In this document: positions 1-18,771 of the stretch, piece after piece
Layout of the letters: every line of letters begins with the position of its first letter
Numbering within the stretch: position 1 is the stretch's first letter
From: the human T2T-CHM13v2.0 reference genome, Homo sapiens
Direction: 5' to 3' (one strand)
Assembly: GCF_009914755.1 (NCBI RefSeq)
Contig: NC_060933.1
Length of the DNA stretch: 64,000 bases
Position numbers and translations under genes: made by a program
Notes under the pieces: model-generated
What the model was told of the DNA's origin: nothing
Database searches by the model: none
What the model saw: only the letters and a program-made list of their open reading frames with translations

Positions 1-1438
1 TTGTTTGATAGTTACTTAACAGTCATCTCATTTGCTACTATACCTTCAAGAATAAGCCACTGATTCAATTTATCTAAAATTATGATGTTAAAATAATTTT
101 TGAAGTTTGTTTTTACATATATCTGATTATCTACCTACCTATATTTTATTTTACCAAGTTAATTGCTTTTAACTTCAGTGTTCTTAAAATCACTCTGCCT
201 CCTTTGCATTATGGTATAAAAATAGAACAATCTTTTTCCTATTGATTTCTAAATGCTTGATGTCTCCTCTCCTTCTCTTTAAAACCCAATCTGATAGTGT
301 GGATTTAACATGCCTACCTTCAACATTTTGTTATTTGTATTAAGTTATTTCACAGTATTATTTTTTAAATTATATGCCTTATAAGTCAGGTTTGGACTTT
401 TACTCCTGGTTGGGAATTCTTAAATAAAATAAAAAGTGATTAGTTGTCAAAGTTTACTTCAAGCATAGCTAAGAAAATTTGGCCCATAGTTCTTTCCTCT
501 TGTTGCTATAAGATCTGTGCTTTATCTATCAAGAAGAAGCATTTCTCATTTTCAACCTACAAGTCATGATTAAGGAATTAATAGAAGAACACGCAATGTC
601 CTTGTTCAACAGGAATTATCAGGGTTAAGTCAAATTCTTATAACTCAGCGGTTAATTACTCAATTTTTGCATTTTGTTATATAAATTTTTACCCGGTCTA
701 CTTTGCAAGTAGTTTCAAATAACTACTTGCAAAGTAGTCACTAGCTGTTATCAGTCTATTCATGATTTGCCATGGTAATTTCTTCCTATCACTCATCTCT
801 TCTGCATTGCTGAGTAAAGGAAACAATGATCAACTTAAAGCATGTGGAAAACAAAATAAATAGAGACTGAGAGAAAAACAGCAAATTTTACTTGTGTATT
901 TAAGATTTTCTTCCTTTCTATGGCTTGATTTTATTTGATGTTTGGAACACAATCTATTTCTAAAATTTGTGGGGACAGTTCCATCTTTTGGTTTCTGTGT
1001 TTGCATTTCCACCTCACTTCCTTAAATTAATTTTCTTCCATAATATTTCATGTTAACATATATCTAGGTTTTGTGATCACACACAAACACACACAAAGAC
1101 ACACACAGCTCTTCTTGAAGTTTGTACACCATTTACACCATTTTTCTGGACTGTCGAGACTATTATGATTGTTTACATTGAGGGATGAATTTTTGAAGAC
1201 ATATGAATTGAAACAAAGGTCAGTGGACCAATTCAGTGTATTGCAAAGTTGTTTATTATAATGAGATTATTATCAGGGCTTTAAGCCTTTTAGGCCATGA
1301 GGAACAATTAATGGCACTCCAAATTTACATTGAGTAAATTAATATTTGTAATACTTTATATATCTTTTGCCCCCCTCAAAATAAAATAATATAGTATTAA
1401 ATCAACTCAAGAGAAAATTTTAGGAAACAACTTGTTTA

Positions 1439-2606
<1,168 letters not shown>

Positions 2607-2769
2607 GCGCCTATAATATGTGAGACTAATACTTCATTGTAACATGAAGCATTTCATGCTACAAAGTACTCAGATGCTGGACAAATTATGGCATATAAAT
2701 CTTAAAAGATATTGATGAGCTTCCAATCCAGTAATTATAAGCTCCACCCACCTACTCACTCTAGGGACT

Positions 2770-3382
2770 TGATATGGTTTGGCTGTGTCCCCACCGAAAT
2801 CTCATCTTGAATTCCCATATTTTGTGGGAGAGACCTGGTGGGAGGTAATTGAATCATGGGGGCAAATCTTTCCCAGGCTGTTATCGTGATAGTGAATAAG
2901 TCTTACACTATCTGATGGTTTTAAAAAGAGGAGTTCCTCATGGACACAGGGAGGGGAACATCACACACCAGGGCCTGTCGTGGTTGGGGGAAAGGGGAGG
3001 GAGAGCATTAGAATAAATACCTAATGCATGCAGGGCTTAAAAACCTAGATGACAGGTTGATAGGTGAAGCAAAACATCATGAGACATGTATACCTATGTA
3101 ACGAAACTGCATGTTCTGCACATGTATCCCAGAACTTAAAATAAAAAAAAATAAATACATACATACACATATATGCACAACAAAAATTAAAATAAAGCAC
3201 AAGCTCTCTGTCTTTTTGCCTGCTGCCATCCACGTAAGACGTGACTTGCTCCTCCTTGCCTTCTGCCAGGGTTGCAAGGCTTTCCCAGCCACATGAAACT
3301 GTTAAGTCCAATAAACCTTTCTTTTGTAAATTGCCCAGTCTTGGGTATGTCTTTATAAGCAGCGTGAAAACAGACTAATACA
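2770..3382 (+). mobile_element. THE1 (B/C-like) LTR, interrupted by an L1 3' end
   Basis: Starts TGATATGGTTTGGCTGTGTCCCCAC, ends CAGACTAATACA. Confidence 0.9.
2939..3196 (+). mobile_element. L1PA7/8-like 3' end (5'-truncated) with decayed A tail
   Basis: ATGGACACAGGGAGGGGAACATCACAC...TGCACATGTATCCCAGAACTTAAA followed by an A-rich tail. Confidence 0.9.
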
Positions 3383-3757
3383 GTAAATTGGTACCAGTAG
3401 AGTGGAGTGCTGCTGAAAAGACACCCAAAAATGCAGAAGCAATTTTGGAACTGGGTAAAAGGCAGAGGTTGGAACAGTTTAGAGGGCTCAGAAGAAGACA
3501 GGAAAATGTGGGAAAGTTTGAAACTTCCCAGAGATTTGTTGAATGGCTTTGACAAAAAAAGCTGATAGTGATATGAACAATAAGGGCCAGGCTGAGGTGG
3601 TCTCAGATGGAGATGAGCAACTTGTTGGGAACTGGAGCAAAAGTGACTCTTGTTATGTTTTAGCAAAGAGACTGGCAGCATTTTGCCCCTGCCCTAGAGA
3701 TTTGTGGAACTTTGAACTTGAGAGAGATGATTTAGGTTATCTGACAGAAGAAATTTC
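3383..3757 (+). mobile_element. THE1 internal region, 5' part only
   Basis: GTAAATTGGTACCAG...GAACTTGAGAGAGATGATTTAGG...GAAGAAATTTC directly after the LTR. Confidence 0.88.
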
Positions 3758-7499
<3,742 letters not shown>

Positions 7500-7644
7500 T
7501 TATGTTAAAATATATGAAATAAGGTTCCATTTTTATTTGCAGTCCATCAAAATCGCAATGGAGAAAAAGCCAAGGCCTTGTCTAAAGGACAAAAGAAATT
7601 TTATGATATTGTTCTGTGTCTCAACTACCTGTTTACTCTTTATA

Positions 7645-8240
7645 CAGTAAGGGCAGAAAGGGGTGATACCTTTCCAAAGTTCCCCATCAGAAAGGTCACA
7701 ACCAGTACTCCTATAACAAAAGGCAGTTTAAAGAAAAGTATAGCAAATCAATTTAATCAAAGTTTTACATATCAAAAGAGCTTTCAAAAATGAAGAACCA
7801 AAGACCCAGGGAAATCATCTATTTTTATAGGTAAGCTTCATGAAGAAGGGACAGCCATGTGGAAATGTGATTGGACAAAAAGGAATGATCTCATGGTAAT
7901 AGGCTGAGAAAGAACCCAGCAAGACCTGTCTTCCTGGCCTCTAAGCTGCATTTATTTCTCCTGCTGTGGGACACACAGTCTTCAAGGGAGAAGGAAAAGA
8001 ATGACTTTTCTAGGTTTTATGACTTGCTTTGGGGAAGAGGGGCTCTAGTTTCTGTGACTTGCCTTGGGGAAAAGGAATTCTGGTTTCAGCTTCAGAGTAA
8101 TGAGAGGGGAGGGAGACAGGAGGGTAGGAGAAGGTCAGCGACCTTGCCCTTGATTCTGAAGCCTCCAATCTCCTTTAGTTCAAAGTATTCAGCAGGCCGA
8201 GGTGCCATCTGTTGGAGTATTGTGTTCTGAACCCCAACAA
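7645..8240 (-). mobile_element. ERV1 LTR, MER39/MER34-group
   Basis: Reverse strand begins TGTTGGGGTTCAGAACACAATACTCC; similar to the copy at 46985-48206. Confidence 0.7.
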
Positions 8241-9337
8241 CATCACTTCGGAAGACTGAAATGGCAGATGTTATATGCCATGGAGGATAAATATTGCTGT
8301 TACAATCTAACAGTAATACTAGCCAAAATGAAAAAGAGAAAAGAACATACCAAAATAATCTAGACTATATCTCAAAGCAAACTTTTTATAATTAGCTAAA
8401 TTGTAAAAATAGTTCTCATATAAAATAAAACCTTACTGTTCTTATTTAAGATACTCGTAACACAAAGATAACTGTACTGTCATAAATGTGACAATATTGA
8501 AGGCCCTGCTCCAATTGTTCTTATGTTATTATGATTAATAATCACTTTTAAAATCACTTATATTTGACATAGAGATTTTTTCTATTGTGCCTAATTGTTC
8601 TGTAGTGTATGAGGAGAAACTGTCCAATCAACAGATTATTTAGATGTAATTTGATGCTTACGCATTGTGTACTCGGTAAATGAATTTTTAGAAGTACATT
8701 AACAAGATGTGAGAAAACACATTACATTTTCAAAAGAAAACTACACAAAATAGACAAGATTTTTAAAATCATGAAAGTAAATATTTTACATTATATATAA
8801 TGTGAATGAAATTCATACCCGTAGATTCAAATGTTTGTGACTTTTAAAATCAAATTAAACAAATTGAGAAAATATGTAATGCCATTATATTGACTTAGAA
8901 CATGTCAGTTGAAAAATAGCTTCCTATTTTATTTGGTTTCTCTGGCATCTATATAAATGTATGTTTAAAGGGCAATTACCTTTCCTTTTCCCTTTTTATT
9001 TCTGAAGTATGAAAGACAGTGTGAGATTTTTCTGGGTAATATGAGCTTCTCTGTACATCTTTTTCAGGATGCCACTGATGTTGACAGCTATTCTTTTAAA
9101 ATACTGATATTCAACATGACAATGCATGTGACTTGCCAAGGAATTGAGAAGCTGAAAGTACAGTGACATGGTTATGACAGGGCTGCAAAAGACATGACTT
9201 GTAATGTCATTTCAAAGCTTTCTCTAAAAATAAGTTGAAAAACACAAAATGAATTTGCCTTTTATTCAGCCAAAATGAGTATCTCTTTACTTCAGGTACC
9301 TAGTTTGTATTGGAAGTGGTTTTTGAAGATTCTAAAA

Positions 9338-9412
9338 TGTGTGTGTGTGTGTGTGTGGTGTGTGTGTGTGTGTGAGAGAGAGAGACAGAGAGAGACAGAG
9401 AGAGAGAGGGAG
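9338..9412. repeat. Compound (TG)n(GA)n microsatellite
   Basis: Directly visible. Confidence 0.95.
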
Positions 9413-10234
9413 ACTGTGACTCTGCTCAGGGGTTACAAATCATTTACCTTGAGTAGCATATTTTCTTTAGTCTTTGCAACTAGCTGAAGGATATCATAAC
9501 TTTCCAATATTATCATTTCATAAAAGTTGTCTTTAAATAAACAAAAAGATGGAGTAGACGTTGACCAAATGTTTTGATTATCATATGTTTTTACAAAAGG
9601 AAACAAAATGGACATTTATTTGTTTTCATAATGATACGTGTAAGATAGGAGCAGTAAAGAGTAGGGTATGAGACAAACTTCTAGTTGGTATATTTTAGAA
9701 AAATGTTAGCTAACAATGGGATTTAACATATTAACCTCTGATACTGAAAGGGAATTCCATTTCTGGTGGTATGTTTTTCCTTAAGTGAATAGGCCAGAGA
9801 TACCCTCATACTAAAAATGTATGTGTATGTGTAAAGCTTCATATATTTTAAACACCTTATTCAGCATCATATTTATACTTGGAGAGTTTTCACTGTTTTT
9901 CTAGGATCTACTGAAGTGTTTAGTTTTGATGAAAGAAAGTCTGTGGGTTTGATCAGAAGCCCATGAGTCCAATCAAAGGTATTATTTATTTGAAATTTAA
10001 AAACCATGCAAGCAATTTCAAGCATGTAAATTAACTAGGATTTTAGGACAACCTGTGAGCGGAGAAGCACAGGAAAACTAGGTTATCAGAAATTCATAGG
10101 AGATCCTCCTGAGGCAGAAGTAAAATTATAGTGGAGGAGAAATATAAGTCATCATCCCAGATTAATTTGCTTGCAATTTGAAATTATGGAAAGAGGAAAA
10201 GTCCATGTGCAAGGATCTTCTTTTCCATGCAATC

Positions 10235-11215
10235 TAATTTTTAAAAATTGGGATAAAAACAGCATGAGAGCTACCCTCTTAAATTTTTAGGAATACAACA
10301 CAGTGTTCTTAACTACAGGCACAATGTTGTACATAGCAGATCTCTAGGACTTATTCATCTTGCATACCTGAAGCTTTATACCTGTTAAACAGTAACTCCC
10401 TATTTTCCACTTCTCCCAGCCCCTGGTAACCCACTGCACTTTGTGCTTCTGTGAATGGGGTTATTTTATATTGGACATATAATAACGGACTCACACTGTA
10501 TTTTCCTTTTGGCTTATTTCGCTTAGCATAACGTCATCAGGGTTCATCCATGTTGCCACATATGGAAGGATTTCATGTCAGACAATAATATTTTGTTGTA
10601 AGTAGATGCCACATTTTCCTTATCTATTCATATGTCGGTGGGTCTTTATGCGGCTTCTACATCCTGGCTATTGTGAGTACTGCTGCAATGAACATGAGAG
10701 TTCGAATATGTCTTCAAGATCTTAATTTTTTGAATAAATACCAAGTGTGGGATTGCTGGATCATACGATAGTTCTATTTTTAATGTTTTTGAGGAGCCTC
10801 CATACCGTTTTCTATAGTGGCTGCACCATTTTACACTCCCAATAGAGTACAAGGATTCCAATTTCTCCACATCTTTGCTAACACTTGTTATCTTTTTGTT
10901 GTTGTTTTGACAACCAGTGGGGAGTGATATCTCATTATGGTTTTGATTGGCATTTCTCCGATTAGTGACATTGAGCATTTTTTCATATGTGTGTTGGCTA
11001 CTCAGATATTCTTTTAGAGAAATGTCAATCCAAGTACTGTACACCTTTTAAAAATCTGGGTATTTGTTTCTGGCGATTCAGTTGTAGGGTTTCCTTATAT
11101 ATGTTGGATATTAACACCTTATTAGATAAATAGTTTGCAAGTATTTTCTCCTATTTTATAGGTTGCCTTTTCAATCTGTTAACTGTTTCCTTTGCTGTCA
11201 TAAAGCTTGAACCCT
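10235..11215 (-). mobile_element. L1M (L1MA/MB-like) 3' region
   Basis: GGATTGCTGGATCATACGATAGTTCTATTTTT..., GCAGATCTCTAGGACTTATTCATCTTGCA; ORF 10646-11044 resembles the L1 ORF2 C-terminus (KIELSYDPAIP). Confidence 0.9.
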
Positions 11216-11483
11216 TTCTGGGTTTACCCTACAGATATCTTGTCATTATGAATCTTCTTAAATGATTTCATTTTTATATGTACAATAAAAATCAATGAGA
11301 ATTGTTAAAAACAAAAACCTCAGAGAGATAGGATTTTACTCCACAGAGAACAAAGTGGAGCTCATATCAACCTGGGATTAATAAAAGGAAAACTCTTTTC
11401 ACTCAGATAAAACTCTCAGGCAAGGCATTTGGAAATATTTTTGATGCATTCATTGTCTTTGAACAATTTAAGAGTATATTTAT

Positions 11484-11735
11484 ATCACATGTTCTTACCT
11501 ACAAGTGGAAGCTAAACATTAGGTACATATGTACACAAAGATGAGAACAATAGATTCTAGAGAATCTGAAGGACAGAAAAGAGGGAAGGGGCAAAGGGTG
11601 AAAAACTACCTATCAGGTACTATGTTCACTATTTGGGTGATGGGTTCAGTTGAAGACCAAACCTCAGCATCACGCAATACATCCTTGTAGCAAACCTGCA
11701 CATGTACCCCCGCTCCAAATCTACAATAAAAATAG
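11484..11735 (+). mobile_element. L1PA16/L1PB-like 3' end
   Basis: GAAAAACTACCTATCAGGTACTATG...AAACCTCAGCATCACGCAATA...AAACCTGCACATGTACCCC. Confidence 0.85.
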
Positions 11736-13434
11736 AAATCTTTGGCAAAAAAAGAGTGTATCTACAGCTCTTAAGGGCTATGTTTATATATCTCTATTGT
11801 CTTTTGCTTTATATTTTGTTTATATTTTGACAATTTGTGAAATAAGTACATCTTTTAATGCTCTTTATATAGTTCTAATGTAACAACATAGCTACACACC
11901 GTTCTCATAAAAACAAGGACAGGACATTTAGAGGTAGCAATAATGAACAAAGGTAACATTTCAATGGAAACTGAGCTAAATGACTAAAAACAATACAAAT
12001 GATATGTAAAGGATTACAAGGTTGATAGGATATTGTGTTCAAGCCCTAGATAAATCCAAACAACTAATCTTTGAGAGAGAAGTACGTAGTATGGAAGCAT
12101 GTAACTGTAATTATTTTGAGAAATGCTAAACCTCAAAATAAAAAATGTGTTTTTTTGCACTTGTCATAATTGAAAGTTTGTTTTTCCTCTCTTTTTGGTA
12201 ACATTCTATCACTCTCGCCTGCAACCAAAATGACCCTCACCCTGGCAGCCAGCAATGGGATTCCATCCTCATCGAGCTCCTTGACACGAAGGTCGGCTTC
12301 ACCGTGGGCAAGCACAATCATCATTTGCAGACAAAAGGAGAACCCAGTTATTTGATCTTGATTATCAGATGTGACAATTATCTCTCAAATATTACAGATT
12401 TTATGTCATAAATTGCTCTGGGGCACTGCAACCTAGCAAGTCCTCCTGAGAGGCCCATCTAGCCTGCTGCCCAGGCCACAACCAACCTTGCCACTAGCCT
12501 TTTCATCAATACAAAGGACAACTATTTGTAATTGTCCTCCAATTGAAAGAACATGTCTGAAGTTGTCAATTGTGTTTATATATTTTAGGTAGGTAGGTAA
12601 AGAAAAGTTCTTGTTGTTGGTGAATCACAGACAATTGTTCAATTTAGAGGAGAAGGCAGCCTGGGTAGTGGAGAGGAGGACATTGTTTTCATTGTTGTGT
12701 ACCCAGGGCCCAGCATAGAGATGGGAAAATAGTTGGCATCAGATAAACTACTATTGAATTCAATTATCATGAGATTCCTTTGCTAATGCTGAGAAGTACA
12801 GAAGGTAGAGAAGATAGAATTTTATGCTTAGGGAAATAAAAGACTCAGAAGGGTTTGCCTTATTGAAACTCACTTAGATTTGAAAGCCCTTTAAGATAAA
12901 TATCATTGAATTTGACCTAGGTGAGCATTTATATTAATTCTAGGCTTACAGGTCTAGAAGAAGCCTTTGTAAAGACTTTGACATTTCTGAGTAAGATTGA
13001 AGGTGCCACTCTGAAACCTACTCCATAGCCTCACTTACTTTACTTACTAGAAAACATGTTGCCCTCTTGTTCCACTCTTCAAAGTCAAAGACCTTGTGAC
13101 TTTTCTGAGCCCTGAGGATGAGGATGAGGTTTCCATCACTTTTCAACTTTGAATATAGAACAGAGCAGGATATTTGCTGTCCAGTGAACATCAACATATT
13201 TCAGCAAGCCTCATCTTTGTTCTCATTGATGGAAAGCTTAAATTAAATCTTTCTCAGCCAGAACATTCAGCAAGGGATATAATAAATGAATTATGTAAAG
13301 AAATACACAGATGTTTTAAACAAAACTTCTCTATGGTCTCCCACAAACCTCACACATAAATAGAAAGTTAATCATTTGGCAATAAATGAACACTTTAGGT
13401 AATGAGAGATACTCAGGATCCCTGAAGAAATTAA

Positions 13435-13746
<312 letters not shown>

Positions 13747-14369
13747 AGATTCTTATATTCTCTTAAAAAGACAGCATGTCCTGGGCACATATGGAATGCC
13801 ATGTCCAAGCACACACCCAGCTCCATCCCCATTAGGAGTCACAATTAGCACATTGCTAATGACAAGGTCAAACACAGACCTTTCCCCTTTGGCCTAAGTC
13901 TGCTGACAAGGCAAAACACAGATCCTCCAACCACCCATTCTTTGTCTCATTATTAATTAGCTAAGATTAGAACTGTTTGTCCCTCTGAACTAACAAAATC
14001 CAAAGATAAACATTTCCTGTTGAGTTGACTAAGACCCCCCTGATTGCAGAATAATTTTGATAGTAAATTATACCACCAGTTACACAGTCACAACCTGCTG
14101 AGATCAGGCCATGTTCTCTCTATTAAAAATAGTCCTAATGAAATCATATGCTCCACAGTCTGGTGCATTTTGTCTTTGACAGTTGCCAGGCTCTTTTACT
14201 GGAGTTGTAGCTCATGATGTAGAGGAAGCTACTCTGGGGACTTTGGTCATTTTGCACTTTGTAGGAATTGTGCTCAGTAAGTGATTGATTCACTTATCAT
14301 GAGAGATAATAGGCAAATAAAAAGAATTCTTATACTTTTGATGGCAGCTAATTGGGTTCCCAGGTTAGT

Positions 14370-14500
14370 CTGGCATAGTGGAAAGAGGATTCCTGGGTTC
14401 TATAGGCTGCAGACATGAACCTCCACATTTGCTACTTGTCTCCTTCAAGGAAGTCACTTCACCTCCCTAAGCCTCAGGTATTCAATTTGTGAAATGGTAA
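14370..14500 (+). mobile_element. MIR fragment
   Basis: AAGTCACTTCACCTCCCTAAGCCTCAG...TGTGAAATGG core. Confidence 0.6.
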
Positions 14501-15172
14501 GTGCTAGATTTCTAATGTTAACACTGTGGAGAAAAACTCCTTTTCTTAGTAGAAATATCTTCCGTACTCCCAAAACACACACACTCCTGTTTCTCTTCAG
14601 GAAATGATTCTATTGACCTGTTAGAATAGGAGCTGAAATCCCAGGTGACAATTTTGAATAATGATATAAGAGGTTAATATTCTACTTTAGATGATGGAGG
14701 TTAGAAGCAAGTCAGCTAACTGCAGAGCTGTTGTTTTGCTGATTGGATTCAAGTAGAGTGACAGATCTGAGTACCTTGGGACAAAATGAGGGCATTTCTG
14801 AGGAAGCAGAAGTCTGAAAGAAAAGAAAGAGGAGAAGTCATGGGAACCACCTTCTCAAATTATAGTTCCTTTTGGCTAGATACTTAGTTAACTAGTGTAA
14901 CAGTAAATACAAATGGAACATAAGAAAAAAGTAATAATTCTCCCTGATGGAAAAAGGGAAAGAGATCTCCACCACCACCACCACCATTTCCTCAGAATAT
15001 TTTCTTTTAGAAACATAAATTCTTTCTCTGCTTCTTAGGGATATAGCAATTTTTTAAAGAAAAAAGATAAGTCTCTTGCAGGTTTTACAATGTAGGAATG
15101 TGTTTCTCAAGGGTCTGGAACTATCTCTGAGATAGAATCACCAAGGAGGATTGTACCTCATCCCCTCATCTT

Positions 15173-16139
15173 TATAAACCAAAAATAAAACTCATAGCCA
15201 CCCCCTACACCCCTCACAAACATCTGAATGGACCCCTCCTCTGCCAGGGCACCCTAAATTTAACCTGAAAGACTGGTTTAGGCCATGATGGTGAGACAGC
15301 CAGGTGGGAGAGGGTCCCCAGTGAAACTGCAACCAGCCCACACTGGAAGGAATGCACCTTGGGGTGGAGCCACAGAAGTTTGCACTGTTTGCAGAGGGAG
15401 GAGCCTGGCCCCACCTCTTCCTGTGTGGAAACTGGGATTCAATCTGCAAGGCAGGAAGCACACCAGCAGAGACTCTGACTTTGCAGAGGGTCCCTGTTCC
15501 CCCTTTTTTTTCCTTTTCACCCAATAAAACCCTGCTTTACTCACCCTTCAACTCGTCTGCAAGCCTAAATTTTCGTGGCCATGGGACAAAGACTGCATCT
15601 TTAGCTGAACTAAGGAAAAGTCCCACAACAATGGGGAGGGAGGGTCAGATATGCCTCATTATGCCCTCTTTCCTCTTGGAATTCAGGAAAAGCCAATCAC
15701 CATTTAACATCAACACAAGCCTTAGGTCTGAGAAGAAACCTGTACAATCTATTTTCTCTGAAGCCTGCGACATGGAGGCTTCATCTTCATGATAAAACTT
15801 TGGTCTCTGCAACCTCTTATCATAACCCAGACATTGTTTTCTATGATAAAACTCTTTCAAGCAATTGCCAATCCGAAATTTTTCATTCTACCTATAACCT
15901 GGACACCCCCTTGCTTTGAGTTGTCCCACTTTTCTGGACTGAACCAACTTATATCTTAAATGTATTTGATTGATGTCTCATGTCTCCCTAAAATGTATAA
16001 AACTAGGCTGTGCTGCAACCACCTTGGACACATGTTCTCGGGATCTCCTGAGGGCTGTGTCATGGGCCATGGTCACTCATATTTGGCTCAGAATAAATTT
16101 CTACAAATGTGTTACAAAGTTGGACTCTTTTTATTGACA
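15173..16139 (+). mobile_element. MER4-family LTR (MER4B/D/E-like)
   Basis: T(G/A)TAAACCAAAAATAAAA...GAATGGACCCCTCCTC...CATATTTGGCTCAGAATAAA...TTGACA. Confidence 0.85.
15292..15630 (+). mobile_element. MER61-like solo LTR nested in MER4
   Basis: TGAGACAGCC...ACAACA termini, 4-bp TSD ATGG. Confidence 0.8.
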
Positions 16140-16589
16140 TTTTCATGGGAGGGTAGGAACCTAATGTTACCTAGGCGTCGGGCTCCACATTGCAAAACTA
16201 CCTCCTGGTATAAAGATATGAGAATTTGTTTTTCCTTTGGATAAAGGTAATTAGCAAGCACCCATGGCCAATTTCAATTACCCAGTGAATCTGGGATGAA
16301 TTCTATGTGGCAAGTGGTGCTGTCAAGTCCTTTTACTTACTTGCAAACAACTTATCATCGATCTTGAGAACGTGTATGTGAGGGTTCTACCTACTTGGCC
16401 ACATGAAAGGGTGAGATTTCTGTCTGTTTTTCAATCTCTTTGGCAGATTTCTTGTGATGCACATTGAAGTGAGCTTTAGTGCTTATTCAACAACATCTAT
16501 TCTACTTTTGTGGAGAGGTTTCCTGAACAGGTTTTGTTTTAAATTATTTCCCAAACACTAGATATTTGCTATACTTGAGGCTGCAAAGA

Positions 16590-16785
16590 AGGGGTCAGCA
16601 AGCTTTTTCTGTAAAGGCCCAGATAGTAAATATTTAGGCTTTATGTGTCACATACAGTTTTAGGTCATATTATTTTCTTTGCTGTTTTTTTTTTTCCCCA
16701 GCCTGTCATTAATGTAACAAACATTCTTAGCTTGTTGCCCAAATGGGCACTGGATTTGGCCCTTGGCTCCATAATTTGCCAACTG
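16590..16785. mobile_element. MER58-like hAT DNA transposon
   Basis: AGGGGTCAGCAAGCTTTTTCTGTAAAGGCCCAGATAGTAAATATTT. Confidence 0.8.
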
Positions 16786-17604
16786 TAAAGTGTGGGAGGA
16801 GATTGTGAAACCCTTCCCAGAGAGGCCTGTAAGGGGTACCTTCAGAGGGTGATGCTACCTTTAGGGAAACAGGTGACTCAGACCCAGTCTTTCATTTACT
16901 TCCCTAGCCACTAGAGTTTGGCTCCATCTCTGTGCCAAAGGAATGCAGTGAAGAGAGAAGAGAGGTATTCAAAGGTGACATATACAGTTGATTCTCATTA
17001 TTCACAGTAGTTATGTTTTATAAAGTTTCTATAAATATCAAATTACTGTAGGGGCAGAGAGAAATCTTCCCCTCTGCCCTCTGATAGTTCACTGCTGAAA
17101 TGAGCTGACAATAGACAGATTAACAAGGGAAAAATGCATGCAATTTATTAATATGCACATGGAGAAGGAAGTCCTAAAATATGAGACTCAAAGAAGGGCT
17201 TTGGTTAAGGCTTAAATGCCCTCTAGTTGGTTAATTCTTAAATATCCTATTCACAGGGGACAGGGAAAAGGGGGACTGTGGGCACATCTAGAGGGAAAGT
17301 AAATTATTTTAGGGAAAATGAATGAGCTCAAAGAAAAGACAATTGGCCTGGTACAAAGTTCGTCTGAGCTCTGGGGGAGGTACAAGCAAATTATGGAAAG
17401 GTGAGACCAGAACTTCATTGTAAACAAAGGTTGTCATTATGCAGATAAAATCTTTCCCATAATCTCTCTGAGCTGCCCTCAGAAGGATAGATGAAAAGTC
17501 TGTCTGGACATGGTAATGACTTATTTTCTCCTCTCTGGTGGTTACTCTTTCCTGGTTATATGATAAGATCTGTAGAGAGGGAGTTTTAAAACATCTGCAT
17601 TTCT

Positions 17605-18257
<653 letters not shown>

Positions 18258-18401
18258 CTAAATTAAAACAAACAAACAAACAAAAACACTGCATTTCTTC
18301 TGGAGAAACCTCCCTTGGTCAGACTTAATCAGATAAGGAAACTTCAGCAAAAGCCTCTCCTTTCTTGCTTCCTTGCTTCAGGAAAGAAAGAGGATGGTAG
18401 G

Positions 18402-18771
18402 TGATATGGTTTGGCTACGTCCCCACACAAATTTCATCTTGAATTGTAGCTCCCATAATTCCCACATGTTGTGGGAAGGACCCAGTAGGAAATAATTGAA
18501 TCATGGAGGCTGTTCCCCCCATATCCCCATATTGTTCTCCTGCAACAGAATAAGTCTCATGAGAGCTGATGTTTTTATAAGGGGAAACCTCTTTCACTTG
18601 GTTCTCATTCTTTCTTGGTTGCTGCCATGTAAGGTGTGCCTTTTGCCTTCCACTGTGATTGTGAGGCCTCGCCGGCCATGTGGAACTGTGAGTCCATTAA
18701 ACCTCTTTTTCTTTATCAATTACTCAGTCTTGGGTATGTCTTTATCAGCAGCATGAGAACAGACTAATACA
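18402..18771 (+). mobile_element. THE1-family solo LTR
   Basis: TGATATGGTTTGGC...CAGACTAATACA with 5-bp TSD GTAGG. Confidence 0.92.

Larger units (their letters stand above)
14940..16558 (+). mobile_element. Older ERV1-type LTR (MER67-like) hosting a MER4 LTR
   Basis: LTR-like sequence on both sides of the MER4, ending TTTAAATTATTTCCCAAACA; left boundary uncertain. Confidence 0.45.

Noticed and set aside
10646-11044. 132-aa ORF
   Set aside because: Degenerate L1 ORF2 remnant
12200-12330. Possible C/D-box snoRNA (ATGATGA on the minus strand)
   Set aside because: No suitably placed CTGA D box with a terminal stem, and no recognisable guide sequence
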